DNA of 64,000 bases from an uncultured Pelagibacteraceae bacterium (lineage in GTDB: Bacteria > Pseudomonadota > Alphaproteobacteria > Pelagibacterales > Pelagibacteraceae), in NCBI GenBank assembly GCA_902560625.1, contig CACEMD010000004.1, forward strand, positions 22,351 through 86,350, in the 5' to 3' direction. Both the position numbers and the translations under genes were made by a program. The notes beneath the pieces were generated by a model. The model was not told where the DNA came from. It saw only the letters and a program-made list of their open reading frames with translations, and did no database searches. Positions 31,671 to 42,300 of the stretch are shown here, piece after piece (within the stretch, counting starts at the first letter, position 1; the number at the start of each line of letters is the position of its first letter).

Positions 31671-32210
31671 CAAATTTTTGATATTATTTACTACTTTATT
31701 TGAAGTTGGTTTGGTAAAAGATGAATATGTATCTTCAATCTTTCCTTTTTTATTTATTAATATTTTATGAAAATTCCATTTAGGTATTGTCGATTTGCCA
31801 TAGTTTTTTTCAGCCCATTTATATATCTCGTGAGCATTATCTCCTTTCACTTCATAAATTGAAGTCATTGGAAAATTTATATTAAAATTAACCTCACAAA
31901 ATTCCTTAATTTCATTTTCATTATCTTTTTCTTGATTGAAAGAGTTAGATGGTATACCCAATACAATTAGTCCGTCTGATTTATATCTATCCCATAATTT
32001 TTGTAAATCACCATATTGTTTGGTAAAACCACAATAGCTTGCTGTATTTACAACAAGAATGACTTTATTTTTATATTTTTTTAAATCAATAACTTCACCA
32101 GATATATTATTAATTTTTAAATCAAAAAAAATCTTATCATAGTTAGAAGACATAACATTTTTTGAAAAGAACATTATTAATGCAACTGTAGTAAATATAA
32201 TTTTTTTCAT
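31656..32210 (-). CDS. Glutathione peroxidase (Cys-type)
   Basis: VNTASYCGFT, PSNSFNQE, WNFHK. Confidence 0.92.
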   Translation of the reverse strand: MKKIIFTTVALIMFFSKNVMSSNYDKIFFDLKINNISGEVIDLKKYKNKVILVVNTASYCGFTKQYGDLQKLWDRYKSDGLIVLGIPSNSFNQEKDNENEIKEFCEVNFNINFPMTSIYEVKGDNAHEIYKWAEKNYGKSTIPKWNFHKILINKKGKIEDTYSSFTKPTSNKVVNNIKNLLKVE

Positions 32211-32219
32211 TGGATGATA

Positions 32220-33392
32220 TTATTTATTAGGTGTAAGTAATATCAAAAAGTATCCAAATAAAGTGGATAACAATGACCCAGTTAAGACACCAATTTTCAC
32301 TCCATCCATGTATTGCATACTGTCAGCAAAGGCTAAATTTCCAACAAAAAGACTCATAGTGAAGCCAATACCTGTTAACACCCCCACACCATAAAAGTTA
32401 TACCAACTTGTATTACTTGGCATCTGAGCAACTTTTAACTTTATTGAAATATATGAGAAGATGAATACTCCCAATTGTTTTCCAACAAACAATCCTAGAA
32501 CAATTCCTAACGGAACTTTATTTAATAAGGATGATATTGTTAAACCTTCTAAAGATACACCGGCATTAGCAAAAGCAAATAATGGCATTATTAGAAACGC
32601 GACATAAGGACTAATCGCGTGCTCTATTTTTATAAGAAGTGAAAAGTCTTTCTCTTTTTTTCTATGAGGAATTGTCATTGCTAACAATACACCAGCTATT
32701 GTTGCGTGTATGCCAGAGTTATGTGTAAAATCCCATAAAAAAACTCCTACAATTAAATATGGTAAAAATTTTTTAATATTGAATTTATTTACTAATAATA
32801 AAATAATAAACGCAATTAACATTAAAGATAAATATTTAATACTTAAATCTCCCGAGTAAAAAATAGCAATTATAACTATTGCACCTAGATCATCTATAAT
32901 TGCCAGAGCAGTCAAAAAAACTTTTAATGACAGAGGTACTCTCTTTCCAAGTAAAGAAAGCACTCCTAAAGAAAATGCTATATCTGTTGCCGAAGGTATA
33001 GCCCAACCATTAAGTGTTTCAGGATCTCCGAAGTTTATATAAACATAAATTAACGCAGGAACTACCATGCCACCCACAGCAGCAATTATTGGCAATAATG
33101 CTTGTTTAATATTTGATAGTTCACCTTGTAAAAATTCTCTTTTAATCTCTAAAGTAACAAAGAAAAAAAATATTGCCATTAGCGCATCATTTATCCAATG
33201 TAATATACTAAGTTTTAATCCAAAATTATTTACTCCAATAAATAAGTATTTATTCAACGTATTGAAATAAAGGTCTGAATATGAAGAGTTACTTACTAAA
33301 AGAGCAACAATTGCACTTATTAATAAAATTATTCCACTTGCTGCTTCAAGTTTAAAAAACCATTTAAAAGGTGACGATATATATCCAATCAT
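32220..33392 (-). CDS. nhaA: Na+/H+ antiporter NhaA
   Basis: WINDALM, ATDIAF, LAIIDD, GIGFTMSLF. Confidence 0.96.
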   Translation of the reverse strand: MIGYISSPFKWFFKLEAASGIILLISAIVALLVSNSSYSDLYFNTLNKYLFIGVNNFGLKLSILHWINDALMAIFFFFVTLEIKREFLQGELSNIKQALLPIIAAVGGMVVPALIYVYINFGDPETLNGWAIPSATDIAFSLGVLSLLGKRVPLSLKVFLTALAIIDDLGAIVIIAIFYSGDLSIKYLSLMLIAFIILLLVNKFNIKKFLPYLIVGVFLWDFTHNSGIHATIAGVLLAMTIPHRKKEKDFSLLIKIEHAISPYVAFLIMPLFAFANAGVSLEGLTISSLLNKVPLGIVLGLFVGKQLGVFIFSYISIKLKVAQMPSNTSWYNFYGVGVLTGIGFTMSLFVGNLAFADSMQYMDGVKIGVLTGSLLSTLFGYFLILLTPNK

Positions 33393-33835
33393 TATCTAAT
33401 CAAGTCTTTAATAAATAATTTAAGATCAGTCAATGACTCATAAAGGTTATTTAAAATTTCTGAAAGGTTAGGAATTATTGGAGTAAGCTGATTTTTGAAA
33501 GTATCAAGTATTACAATCAATCCAATTATAGATATAATTATAACCACAAATATTTTAAAAAAATTGTATTTTGTTTTATTAAGGTTTATATCATCAACAT
33601 TTTTTGATATATTCTTTGTCTCAATTGTTTGAACAGTTTTATTAAATAAATTTTTATTTTCTTCATCTCTATCAATTCTAGGAGCTTGAGATAGATTTTT
33701 TAATTTATTTTCAATTTTTTTTTTGAAAAACCATTTATACTCACATTTACTACACTTAAGCATTCTTCCCTTTTCAGGAATAAGCTCGTCTTTAACATCA
33801 AAAGTTTTTGAGCAATTTTCACATGTAATGATCAT
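33392..33835 (-). CDS. MJ0042-type zinc-ribbon membrane protein
   Basis: N-terminal CENC...CSKC...W, C-terminal TM helix. Confidence 0.8.
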   Translation of the reverse strand: MIITCENCSKTFDVKDELIPEKGRMLKCSKCEYKWFFKKKIENKLKNLSQAPRIDRDEENKNLFNKTVQTIETKNISKNVDDINLNKTKYNFFKIFVVIIISIIGLIVILDTFKNQLTPIIPNLSEILNNLYESLTDLKLFIKDLIR

Positions 33836-33929
33836 ATCTACTTATATAGCAGATTCTTAAAAAATTCGTTGATTTTTGCTACCCTTTATCCTTTGAAATT
33901 GTAACTATCTACTGTATTAGTAATGCAAT

Positions 33930-34006
<77 letters not shown>

Positions 34007-34010
34007 TTTT

Positions 34011-34292
34011 ATGAAAAAAGCTAAAATTTATAAACCGTCAAAAACTGCTATGCAATCTGGAACTAAAAAATTTGATAAGTGGATTATAGAGTTCATTACA
34101 GATCAACCTGGAATAAATCCATTAATGGGGTGGGAGTCCTCAACAGACACATACACTGAATTAAATTTAGAGTTTTCCTCAAAAGAATTGGCTGTAGAGT
34201 ATGCAAAAAAAAATGATATTGATTTTGAACTAATCGAACCTAAGCAAAGAAAAATTATAAAAAAATCATATTCGGATAATTTTATTAAATAA
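34011..34292 (+). CDS. ETC complex I accessory subunit (NDUFS4-like)
   Basis: IYKPSKTAMQSG, NPLMGWESS; true start ATG 34011 downstream of tRNA-Pro. Confidence 0.9.
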   Translation: MKKAKIYKPSKTAMQSGTKKFDKWIIEFITDQPGINPLMGWESSTDTYTELNLEFSSKELAVEYAKKNDIDFELIEPKQRKIIKKSYSDNFIK

Positions 34293-35290
34293 TGTTTAAA
34301 TTTTTTACAGATAAAAGATGGCATCTATGGAGCATAGGAGGCACGATACTTATTTTAGTTGCAACATGGTATCAGGTGCAACTTGATGTTAAAATTAACG
34401 AATGGTTTGGTGAATTTTATGACACTTTACAAAAAGCACTAGCTGAACCAGGAGCAGTTTCAGAAAAAGAATTTATTTCTTATCTATTTACATTTGCAAA
34501 AATTGCTGCTGTATATATTTTGGTTGTTATATTCAGTGATTATTTTACAAGTCATTGGACATTTAGATGGAGAACCGCAATGGCTAATTTTTATCATGAT
34601 AAATGGAATTATGCATCATCTATAGAAGGAGCCTCACAAAGAGTACAAGAAGATACACTTAAATTTGCAAGAATTATGGAGGGACTTGGAGCCGAACTTT
34701 TGAGAAGTATAATGACTCTAATCGCATTTACCCCAATATTATGGGGACTTTCTAAAAGTATCACAGTGCTGCCTTGGATTGGTGAAGTTAATCATGCATT
34801 AGTTTGGGTTGCAATTATATCAGCATTAGGAGGAACTTTTATTCTTGCGTCTGTTGGCATTAAACTTCCAGGTATTGAATATGATATACAAAAAGAGGAG
34901 GCTGCATATCGAAAAGAATTAGTCCTTGGGGAGGATTTTAAAGATAGCGCTCAACCAGTAAAAATTGATAATTTGTATGGAGGTGTAAGGAGGATTCATT
35001 ATAAAATGTATTTTCATTATTTATACTTTAATGCTGTTAAGTGGAGTTATTTACAAGGTATGGTAATTGTTCCATACTTAGCATTAGCACCAACCATAGT
35101 GACTGGAGCAATTACATTAGGTTTTGTTCAACAAATTATCAGAGCTTTTGGAAGAGTTGAAACTTCACTTCAGTATTTAGTTAGAAGTTGGCCTATTATA
35201 GTAGAATTAATTTCAGTTTGGAAAAGACTAAATGAATTCGAAAATAAACTAAAAGATAACTTAGAAAAAAAAACAATAGATAAAATTTAG
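34292..35290 (+). CDS. SbmA/BacA-family peptide transporter
   Basis: FRWRTAM, IEGASQRVQEDT, EAAYRKELV. Confidence 0.88.
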   Translation: MFKFFTDKRWHLWSIGGTILILVATWYQVQLDVKINEWFGEFYDTLQKALAEPGAVSEKEFISYLFTFAKIAAVYILVVIFSDYFTSHWTFRWRTAMANFYHDKWNYASSIEGASQRVQEDTLKFARIMEGLGAELLRSIMTLIAFTPILWGLSKSITVLPWIGEVNHALVWVAIISALGGTFILASVGIKLPGIEYDIQKEEAAYRKELVLGEDFKDSAQPVKIDNLYGGVRRIHYKMYFHYLYFNAVKWSYLQGMVIVPYLALAPTIVTGAITLGFVQQIIRAFGRVETSLQYLVRSWPIIVELISVWKRLNEFENKLKDNLEKKTIDKI

Positions 35291-36243
35291 TGGCATTAGA
35301 TAAAAAATTAATTCAAAATATAATTAGAGTTACTTCGAAAGCTGCAATATCTTCATATAAATTTATTGGAAAAAAAGACAAACAAAGTGCAGATAAAGCT
35401 GCAACAGATTCAATGAGAACTGAAATTAATAAATTAAAAATAAATGGAGAAGTTGTTATTGGAGAAGGAGAACTTGACAAAGCTCCTATGTTATATATTG
35501 GCGAAAAATTAGGTATTGGAGGTGATCTAAAATTAGATATTGCAGTAGATCCACTTGAAGGAACAAATTTTGTTGCAAAAAATTTACCAGGAGCCCTATC
35601 TGTTTTATCCGTTGCTGAAAAAGGCAATTTATTTAACGCTCCAGAAACTTATATGGATAAACTTGCGACTTCTAAAAAAATTCCTTCGGATGCTACAGAT
35701 TTAGACTTTTCTATAGAAAAAAATATTAAAAATATTGCTGATTCTTTAAATAAAGATTTAATAAATATTACAGTTTGTTTATTAAATAGGCCGAGACATA
35801 AAAAAATTATAGATAAATTAACTGAAATGAAAGTTAAAATGAAGTTACTAACAGATGGTGATGTGGCAGGCGCTTTATTGGTTACAAATAATAAATATAA
35901 TGTAGATGTATTTCTGGGAATTGGAGGTGGTCCTGAAGGTGTCCTAGCAGCATCAGCAATTGACGCATTCGGTTGTAAATTTCAAGGAAGATTTCTTTTT
36001 AAAACAGATAAGGATATTGATAGAGCAAAAAAAATGGGTATTGAGGATTTAAATAAAAAATATGAATTGAAAGAAATTATAAAAGGTGACTCTATTTTTT
36101 GTGCAACTGGTATAACCTCTGGTGATTTGGTCAATGGTATTAAAGTCCTTAAAAATAAATATATAACTGAAACTTTTGTTACTCATAAAAGCTCTAATAT
36201 GACTGAAATAGTCATCAGTGAGGACACTATAAAAACTTGCTAA
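35290..36243 (+). CDS. glpX: Class II fructose-1,6-bisphosphatase
   Basis: VIGEGELDKAPMLYIGE, DPLEGT, DGDV, GPEGVLAA. Confidence 0.95.
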   Translation: MALDKKLIQNIIRVTSKAAISSYKFIGKKDKQSADKAATDSMRTEINKLKINGEVVIGEGELDKAPMLYIGEKLGIGGDLKLDIAVDPLEGTNFVAKNLPGALSVLSVAEKGNLFNAPETYMDKLATSKKIPSDATDLDFSIEKNIKNIADSLNKDLINITVCLLNRPRHKKIIDKLTEMKVKMKLLTDGDVAGALLVTNNKYNVDVFLGIGGGPEGVLAASAIDAFGCKFQGRFLFKTDKDIDRAKKMGIEDLNKKYELKEIIKGDSIFCATGITSGDLVNGIKVLKNKYITETFVTHKSSNMTEIVISEDTIKTC

Positions 36244-36275
36244 TTATTATTTTTTACAATAAAAAGTTCAAATTT

Positions 36276-36350
36276 GGTCCCTTCGTCTATCGGTTAGGAC
36301 ACATGGTTTTCATCCATGAAAGAGGGGTTCGATTCCCCTAGGGACCGCCA
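36276..36350 (+). tRNA. tRNA-Glu(UUC)
   Basis: GGTCCCT/AGGGACC stem, CATGG-TTTTCAT-CCATG, GCCA end. Confidence 0.96.
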
Positions 36351-36363
36351 TAAAAGTTAATAA

Positions 36364-36648
36364 ATGCAATATTTTGTTTACATGCTTTTAGCTGTTAGTT
36401 CCACCAAAAAAAAGACATATGTTGGTTATACAAAAAATATAGAAAATAGACTTAAAAAACATAACTCTAGTAAAGGCGCGAAGTCAACAAGAGGGCATAA
36501 ATGGAAGGTAATATATTTAAAAAAATTTTTATCAAAGTCTCAAGCTTTGAGATATGAATATAAATTAAAAAAAAATAAAAAAAAAAGATTGTTAATATTT
36601 AACAAGATTAAAAAAAATGACAAAAATAGCAACAATTTTACCCTATAA
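36364..36648 (+). CDS. GIY-YIG nuclease (UPF0213-like)
   Basis: YFVYML...TYVGYT...RLKKHN.SKGAKSTR...ALRYE. Confidence 0.9.
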   Translation: MQYFVYMLLAVSSTKKKTYVGYTKNIENRLKKHNSSKGAKSTRGHKWKVIYLKKFLSKSQALRYEYKLKKNKKKRLLIFNKIKKNDKNSNNFTL

Positions 36649-38722
36649 AGAAAATTATAGTAGAAAAAAAGCAGCAGCAGCATCTTTGTGGGTATATGAA
36701 TTTCGCAAGTATTCAAAATTTAAAAAAAATAATTATATATTTGGATCAACTAATTCTACTGATTATTTATCTGGCAAATATATAAATATAAATTTAAATT
36801 TAAAATCTAAATTTATCAGTACTACAAACCAATATTGTGAAAAATTGGCTAAAAAAATAAATGCTAAAAAATTCGATATTGTTGAGATACATAATAGACC
36901 ACTTGTATTTAATATTTTACATAAAAAAATAAATTCAAAATTTATTTTATACTTTCACAATGACCCTCTCTCTATGAAAGGTTCTAAATCAATCGATGAA
37001 CGATTAAGACTTTTAAAATTAGTTGATAAGATAATTTTTGTTAGTCAATGGGTTCAAAAAAGATTTTTTACTAACGTAGATCAAAAACTTTTAAATCAAA
37101 CAGAAGTAGTATATCCCAGTATTGACAGGTCAAATAAACTTCTAAATAAAAAAAACCAAATTGTTTTTGTTGGAAAATTAAATCCATCTAAAGGTTATGA
37201 TATATATAGAGATGCAATAATTAAAATTCTAAATGATTTTGACAAGTGGAAAGCCTACTCAATTGGCGATGAAAATAGAAATAAGCCATTTATAGATCAT
37301 CCAAATCATCATGAGCTAGGCTATCTTTCTCATAAAGAGGTATTAAATTTTTTAAGAAAAACGGAAATTGCAGTTGTACCATCAAGATGGGAAGAACCAT
37401 TTGGCAGAACAGCATTAGAGGCTTCATCAAGAGGATGTGCTACAATAATTTCTAATAGGGGAGGATTACCAGAAACTTCAGATCATTGTGTAACTCTAAA
37501 AAAATTAGATTCTAGTAATTTATACAATGAGATTAAAAAATTAATCAAAAATAAACATTTAAGAAAAAAACTTCAGCTTAAAGGATTTTTAAATGTTAAA
37601 CATATAACAAAAGACAATTCGCTATTAATTGACGATATTCGGAATAGTTTATCTTCTGAATTTAAATTAAATTTTAATAAAAATAAATTACGAATTGTAA
37701 ATATATACAATGTAGGGCAAAAACTTGATCATAGGCTTTATAATATTTCCTTAGGAAAAAAGTTTACCAATGGTTTTATAAGAAATGGCCATGACGTCTT
37801 AGAAATAAGTGATAGAGATTATATTAAACAAAACCGGCAATTTGGATTTTCAAGTGCTAACAGTAGATTTCAATCTTATATAATAAATACGTTTAAAAAT
37901 TACAATCCTGATTTTTTATTTTTTGGACATACAAATAACCTAAATTTAAATACCATAGAAGAAATAAAAAATTTAAATAAAAATATAGTAATTTCACAAT
38001 GGAATGAAGATCCAATAATGAAAAATCTTAAAGACTCTAATGATAATATAAAAAAAATAGCCTATTATGGTTTAAGTGTTGATCATAATTTTATAACAAC
38101 TCATCCATCAGTATATCTTAAACAAAATAATAAAATTAATAATCTTCATTTCTTTTTTGTCCCAGTAGATAAAAATATAGAATGTTATGATGTATTTAAT
38201 TTAAGACCTCGAAAAGATTTATTTTACGCGATGAGCCACGGTGTTAATAGAGCGATACTAAAAAAAGGAAAAAACGATAGTCGAATTCATTTCTTAAATT
38301 CTCTAATTAAAAAAATTAATGGAATTAATTATGATTTTTACGGATTTGAAAATAAAGAGCCAGTATGGGGTGATGATTTTTATAAAGCATTAATTAATTC
38401 GAAAATGGGTTTAAATTTGAGTAGAGGTGCTCCAACAAAATATTATTCTAGTAATAGAATTGCATCTTTAATGGGCAATGGTTTGTTAACTTTTATTGAT
38501 CAAAAGACTTCAATGAACGATATTTTTTCTAAATCTGAAATAATTTTTTACAACAGTCTTGACGATCTATCAGATAAAATTTTATTTTATAAAAAAAAAG
38601 AAAGATTAAGAGCTAAAATTGCAAAAAATGGCAAGACAAAATATTTTAAATTATTTAATGAAACTAAAATATCTAAATATTTTTTAGACAAATCATTTGG
38701 TAAAAATGTCAAATTATTTTAA
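36617..38722 (+). CDS. Tandem two-domain glycosyltransferase (GT4-like plus CgeB-like)
   Basis: WEEPFGRTALEA (EX7E) in N-half; SKMGLNLSR..YYSSNRI in C-half. Confidence 0.85.
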   Translation: MTKIATILPYKENYSRKKAAAASLWVYEFRKYSKFKKNNYIFGSTNSTDYLSGKYININLNLKSKFISTTNQYCEKLAKKINAKKFDIVEIHNRPLVFNILHKKINSKFILYFHNDPLSMKGSKSIDERLRLLKLVDKIIFVSQWVQKRFFTNVDQKLLNQTEVVYPSIDRSNKLLNKKNQIVFVGKLNPSKGYDIYRDAIIKILNDFDKWKAYSIGDENRNKPFIDHPNHHELGYLSHKEVLNFLRKTEIAVVPSRWEEPFGRTALEASSRGCATIISNRGGLPETSDHCVTLKKLDSSNLYNEIKKLIKNKHLRKKLQLKGFLNVKHITKDNSLLIDDIRNSLSSEFKLNFNKNKLRIVNIYNVGQKLDHRLYNISLGKKFTNGFIRNGHDVLEISDRDYIKQNRQFGFSSANSRFQSYIINTFKNYNPDFLFFGHTNNLNLNTIEEIKNLNKNIVISQWNEDPIMKNLKDSNDNIKKIAYYGLSVDHNFITTHPSVYLKQNNKINNLHFFFVPVDKNIECYDVFNLRPRKDLFYAMSHGVNRAILKKGKNDSRIHFLNSLIKKINGINYDFYGFENKEPVWGDDFYKALINSKMGLNLSRGAPTKYYSSNRIASLMGNGLLTFIDQKTSMNDIFSKSEIIFYNSLDDLSDKILFYKKKERLRAKIAKNGKTKYFKLFNETKISKYFLDKSFGKNVKLF

Positions 38723-39570
38723 TGCGTATATCTATTCTAGTCCCAACTTTTAATAATTTAAACTACCTAAAACTTTTATGTAAATCTCTTGAAGATAACT
38801 CTAATTATGAACACCAAATAATATTTCATATAAACGATGGATCTGATGGAACTTTAGATTATATTAAAAGTAAAAACTACTCATTCACATACTCTAAAAA
38901 TAATATTGGTCTATGTTCATCAATGAGTGAATTATCTAAGATTATTAAATGTGATTATGTGTTGTATTCACACGATGATATGTATTTTTGTAAGAATTGG
39001 GATCTCATACTTGAAAAAGAAATTAGTAAAATAAATAGTAAATTATTTTATTTATCAGGAACAAACATTTCATACAAAGATGGTATAATTGATTATGATT
39101 GTGGTATGTCACCAGAGAAGTTTGATATACAGAAATTTGATAAATTTTGTATTGACAATAAATCTTTTGATTTACAAGGTTCACATTGGGCACCACATAT
39201 AGTTCACAGAGACTTATGGAATAAGGTTAATGGTTTCAGTATAGAATTTGACCCAGGCGACGGATCTGACCCTGATTTCTGCATGAAATTGTGGAATGAA
39301 AATGTTAGAATTTTCAAATGTATTTCTAACTTTAAGGTTTATCATTTTGGTTCAGTTACAACACGAAAAAAAAATATTCAAATAAACAATGGAACAAAAA
39401 AATTTTTATTAAAATATGGTTTTAACCCTAGATTTTTTAGGAAGTATTACCTAAGGGGTGATGGTAAAAAATCTTATTTAGGACCTGTTATACAGCCGAA
39501 AATTTCTGTAAATTTACTCATCGATAAGATTATAAATAAATTAAAATACTATTATTTTAAGATCTTTTGA
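38722..39570 (+). CDS. Glycosyltransferase family 2
   Basis: SILVPTFN, NDGSDGT, HDD. Confidence 0.9.
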   Translation: MRISILVPTFNNLNYLKLLCKSLEDNSNYEHQIIFHINDGSDGTLDYIKSKNYSFTYSKNNIGLCSSMSELSKIIKCDYVLYSHDDMYFCKNWDLILEKEISKINSKLFYLSGTNISYKDGIIDYDCGMSPEKFDIQKFDKFCIDNKSFDLQGSHWAPHIVHRDLWNKVNGFSIEFDPGDGSDPDFCMKLWNENVRIFKCISNFKVYHFGSVTTRKKNIQINNGTKKFLLKYGFNPRFFRKYYLRGDGKKSYLGPVIQPKISVNLLIDKIINKLKYYYFKIF

Positions 39571-39595
39571 ATTAATTTAAAAACTATCAGAAATT

Positions 39596-40498
39596 ATGAG
39601 TATTTATATCAAATTATTTGAAGTTTTATTTCCAGTCTTTTTTGTTATAGGAATTGGTTATTATTTAGGAAAAAAAAATCCAAAAATTGATACAACTTTT
39701 ATAACAAGTTTTGCTGCAAATATAGGAACTCCAGCTATGGTTATTTATGCTGTTACTTCAACTGGTATTACATTTGATATTTTTAAGAACTATTTTTGGT
39801 ATTATTTGATAGCTATTGTAGCCTTTGCTATTGTAGGTGTTCCAACGCTTTATTTAATTAAAACTAAGGATATCATTAGAGAATTGCCTCCATTAATTTT
39901 CCCCAATACGGGAAATATGGGTGTTCCAATTTGTTTATTTGCATATGGAACAGAAGGGCTTGGCGTATCAGCATCAATCACATCTTTAATTATACTTTTT
40001 CATTTTACGTTAGGTGTTTTTTTAGCAGATAGAAAGTTTAATTTTAATGTCATCATAAAAAATCCACCATTTTATGCAATTTTATTTTCAGCATTTATTC
40101 TTTATAATGAGCTTACACTTCCAACAGTTGTAATAAATACAACTGAATGGTTAATGTATGCTACTATTTTTTTAATATTAATGTCTTTAGGAATAGCGTT
40201 AACTAGACTTAAAGTATTTTCTTTTAAAAAAGCAATCATCTCATCATTAACAAGAATGGTTATTGGTCCCTTTATAGGACTTTTATTAATATATTATTTT
40301 AATTTATCAGGTTTTGCAGCAGGAGTTTTATTAATTCAATGTTCTATGCCAAGTGCTGTTCTAAATTATTTAGTAGGGAGTATATACTCACCTAAAAAAA
40401 TTGTTGATAGTGTTGCAAGTACTATTGTCGTTTCTACAATTATGTCTTTTGTTACTATTCCAATAGTTGTTTATTTTGCTTTAAGATTCTTTTCTTGA
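39596..40498 (+). CDS. AEC (auxin efflux carrier) family transporter
   Basis: PNTGNMGVP, MPSAV; ~10 TM. Confidence 0.88.
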   Translation: MSIYIKLFEVLFPVFFVIGIGYYLGKKNPKIDTTFITSFAANIGTPAMVIYAVTSTGITFDIFKNYFWYYLIAIVAFAIVGVPTLYLIKTKDIIRELPPLIFPNTGNMGVPICLFAYGTEGLGVSASITSLIILFHFTLGVFLADRKFNFNVIIKNPPFYAILFSAFILYNELTLPTVVINTTEWLMYATIFLILMSLGIALTRLKVFSFKKAIISSLTRMVIGPFIGLLLIYYFNLSGFAAGVLLIQCSMPSAVLNYLVGSIYSPKKIVDSVASTIVVSTIMSFVTIPIVVYFALRFFS

Positions 40499-41340
40499 TG
40501 AAAGCTATTGTTTTAAATCTTTCTGCATGGGTAATTTTACCTTTCATGGACACAATTGCGAAATATTTATCTAGTGAAATTTCATTTTTTCAAATAACCT
40601 GGGCAAGATATTTTTTTACAGTTTTTTGGACACTACCCTTTATATTTTTTTTTTTTAGAAAGAATTTAACTTGGACAGAAAATCCTAAATTACAAATTTT
40701 AAGAGGACTAACTCTTTTTTCTGCAAATATTTGTTTTTTTTATTCAATATCAATTATATCTATGGCAAAAGCTTTAACACTTGCTTTTGTTGCTCCTCTA
40801 GTAACTACAGCATTATCTCCAATTTTATTAGGAGAAAAAGTTGGAATAAAAAAATGGACAGCAGTTATAGTTGGATTTATTGGAAGCTTAATTGTTATAA
40901 GACCTGGTTTCATAGAATTTAATTTAGCTACAATAGCTGCTTTAGGCACAGGTTGTCTTTATGGTGTTTATTTAATAATTACCAGGAAACTTCACTCAAC
41001 AGACAATCCATTATTAACACTTTTACTAACTGGTATAGTAGGGGGCACTGTATCAACATTATTTGTTCCACTAGTTTGGGTTAATCCAACAAATATACAA
41101 TGGTTATGGCTTGCTATAATGGGTATTTTTGCCTGCTTAGGGCATATTCTTTTAATTTATTCATTAAGTTATGCTGATGCATCTAAATTAGCGCCTTTTG
41201 GATACTTTGAGATTATTACAAACATTATTTTAGGTTACTATATCTTTAAGGACTTCCCAGATTTATGGACTTTCTTAGGATTATTCATCATTATTTCTTC
41301 AGGTATTTACATCTTCAGAGGTGAATTTAAAAATAATTAG
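40498..41340 (+). CDS. DMT/EamA family transporter
   Basis: Two EamA repeats, LGEKVG..W, ASKLAPFGY. Confidence 0.88.
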   Translation: MKAIVLNLSAWVILPFMDTIAKYLSSEISFFQITWARYFFTVFWTLPFIFFFFRKNLTWTENPKLQILRGLTLFSANICFFYSISIISMAKALTLAFVAPLVTTALSPILLGEKVGIKKWTAVIVGFIGSLIVIRPGFIEFNLATIAALGTGCLYGVYLIITRKLHSTDNPLLTLLLTGIVGGTVSTLFVPLVWVNPTNIQWLWLAIMGIFACLGHILLIYSLSYADASKLAPFGYFEIITNIILGYYIFKDFPDLWTFLGLFIIISSGIYIFRGEFKNN

Positions 41341-41826
41341 TTTTTTTATAGTAAATATTTGTTATCTTTATCTTAATATTTTACATTAAGTTAATATTTT
41401 AAACTATTGTAATTATTACCTATTTTATAATACTTAAACTAAATTATAATTAATAAATATTATATTATAATTATAATAAATTTACATTTAAAGGATGATA
41501 AATATCAATAAAGATCAAAAAAATATATATAAATCAACGTTTTTTGATGCTCGCACAATAAAATAGTCAGATTCTACTATATAAAATAATATTTCTTATA
41601 GAATTAACCATATAAATTTATGTAAAAATAGAGGTTTTTAGGTGTTCAGAAAAGTTTAGATATGCTTAGATTCTAGAGCAATGCATATATAGAATATACC
41701 ATTTAATCGGTCATAGAAGGGGTTAATTTTGCAATATACTCATTTACAGTACAACTGAAGGGAGAAATATAAATTTGAATACAAAATATCTATATATATT
41801 AAAAAAAACGTTGGTATTAAAGGATT

Positions 41827-42102
41827 CTAAATGGAAAAACCTTCTTTTTTTAATAGTTTTTTCTTGGTTTTAAGGCCTCCAGGAGCTGAAAAACCACCTA
41901 AACTACCATCAGATCTGATAACCCTATGGCAGGGCACTTTAGGTGCATAGGGGTTCTTCGCACATGCATTAGCAACAGCACGTGCAGATCTAGGCATTTT
42001 TATCCCTTTAGCTACTTCTTTATAGGTTTTTACTTTACCTTTTGGTATTTTCATAAGGTATTTCCATACTTTTATTTGAAATTTTGTACCTTTAAGAATC
42101 AT
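41827..42102 (-). CDS. ogt: Single-domain O6-alkylguanine DNA alkyltransferase (MGMT family)
   Basis: FQIKVW..IPKGKV.TY, ARAVANA, active-site PCHRV; start at ATG 42102 (upstream in-frame extension lies in the ncRNA terminator). Confidence 0.85.
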   Translation of the reverse strand: MILKGTKFQIKVWKYLMKIPKGKVKTYKEVAKGIKMPRSARAVANACAKNPYAPKVPCHRVIRSDGSLGGFSAPGGLKTKKKLLKKEGFSI

Positions 42103-42109
42103 GTAAATG

Positions 42110-42154
42110 AAAAAAAACCCTGTTTCCTTGCACTTTTTACGGTGCAAAGAACAG
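42110..42154 (-). terminator. Intrinsic terminator ending the ncRNA
   Basis: Minus strand CTGTTCTTTGCAC-loop-GTGCAAGGAAACAG followed by GG and T8. Confidence 0.7.
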
Positions 42155-42300
42155 TAGTTTTGACACGTCGTTGTAGGCGCTACCGCCGTGTCCCTCGCTC
42201 TGCATGTTTAGCGCTGCTTTGCAGAGCTTTCTGCCCTCTGGGCTTGAACCTCTCGGCTTTTCCCCAATTGGCCAGTTAAGAGTTGCCTCTTAATTCTTTT
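42110..42300 (-). ncRNA. Structured ncRNA (~190 nt), probably IMES-2-like
   Basis: ~49% GC in 42121-42300; minus-strand hairpins with GCAA and GAGA GNRA loops, 8-bp stem 42197-42227, stem 42162-42192, terminal hairpin plus U-tract; family name from recollection only. Confidence 0.75.

Noticed and set aside
41601-41628. Canonical XerCD dif site
   Set aside because: TTATGTAAAAA resembles a XerD arm, but the left arm lacks the ATAA inner motif; likely chance in AT-rich DNA
41341-41826. Replication origin
   Set aside because: No DnaA boxes seen, and gene orientation converges rather than diverges here
41926-42279. 117-aa plus-strand ORF and N-terminal extension of ogt to 42147
   Set aside because: Shadow ORFs across ogt and the structured RNA; no protein-like features
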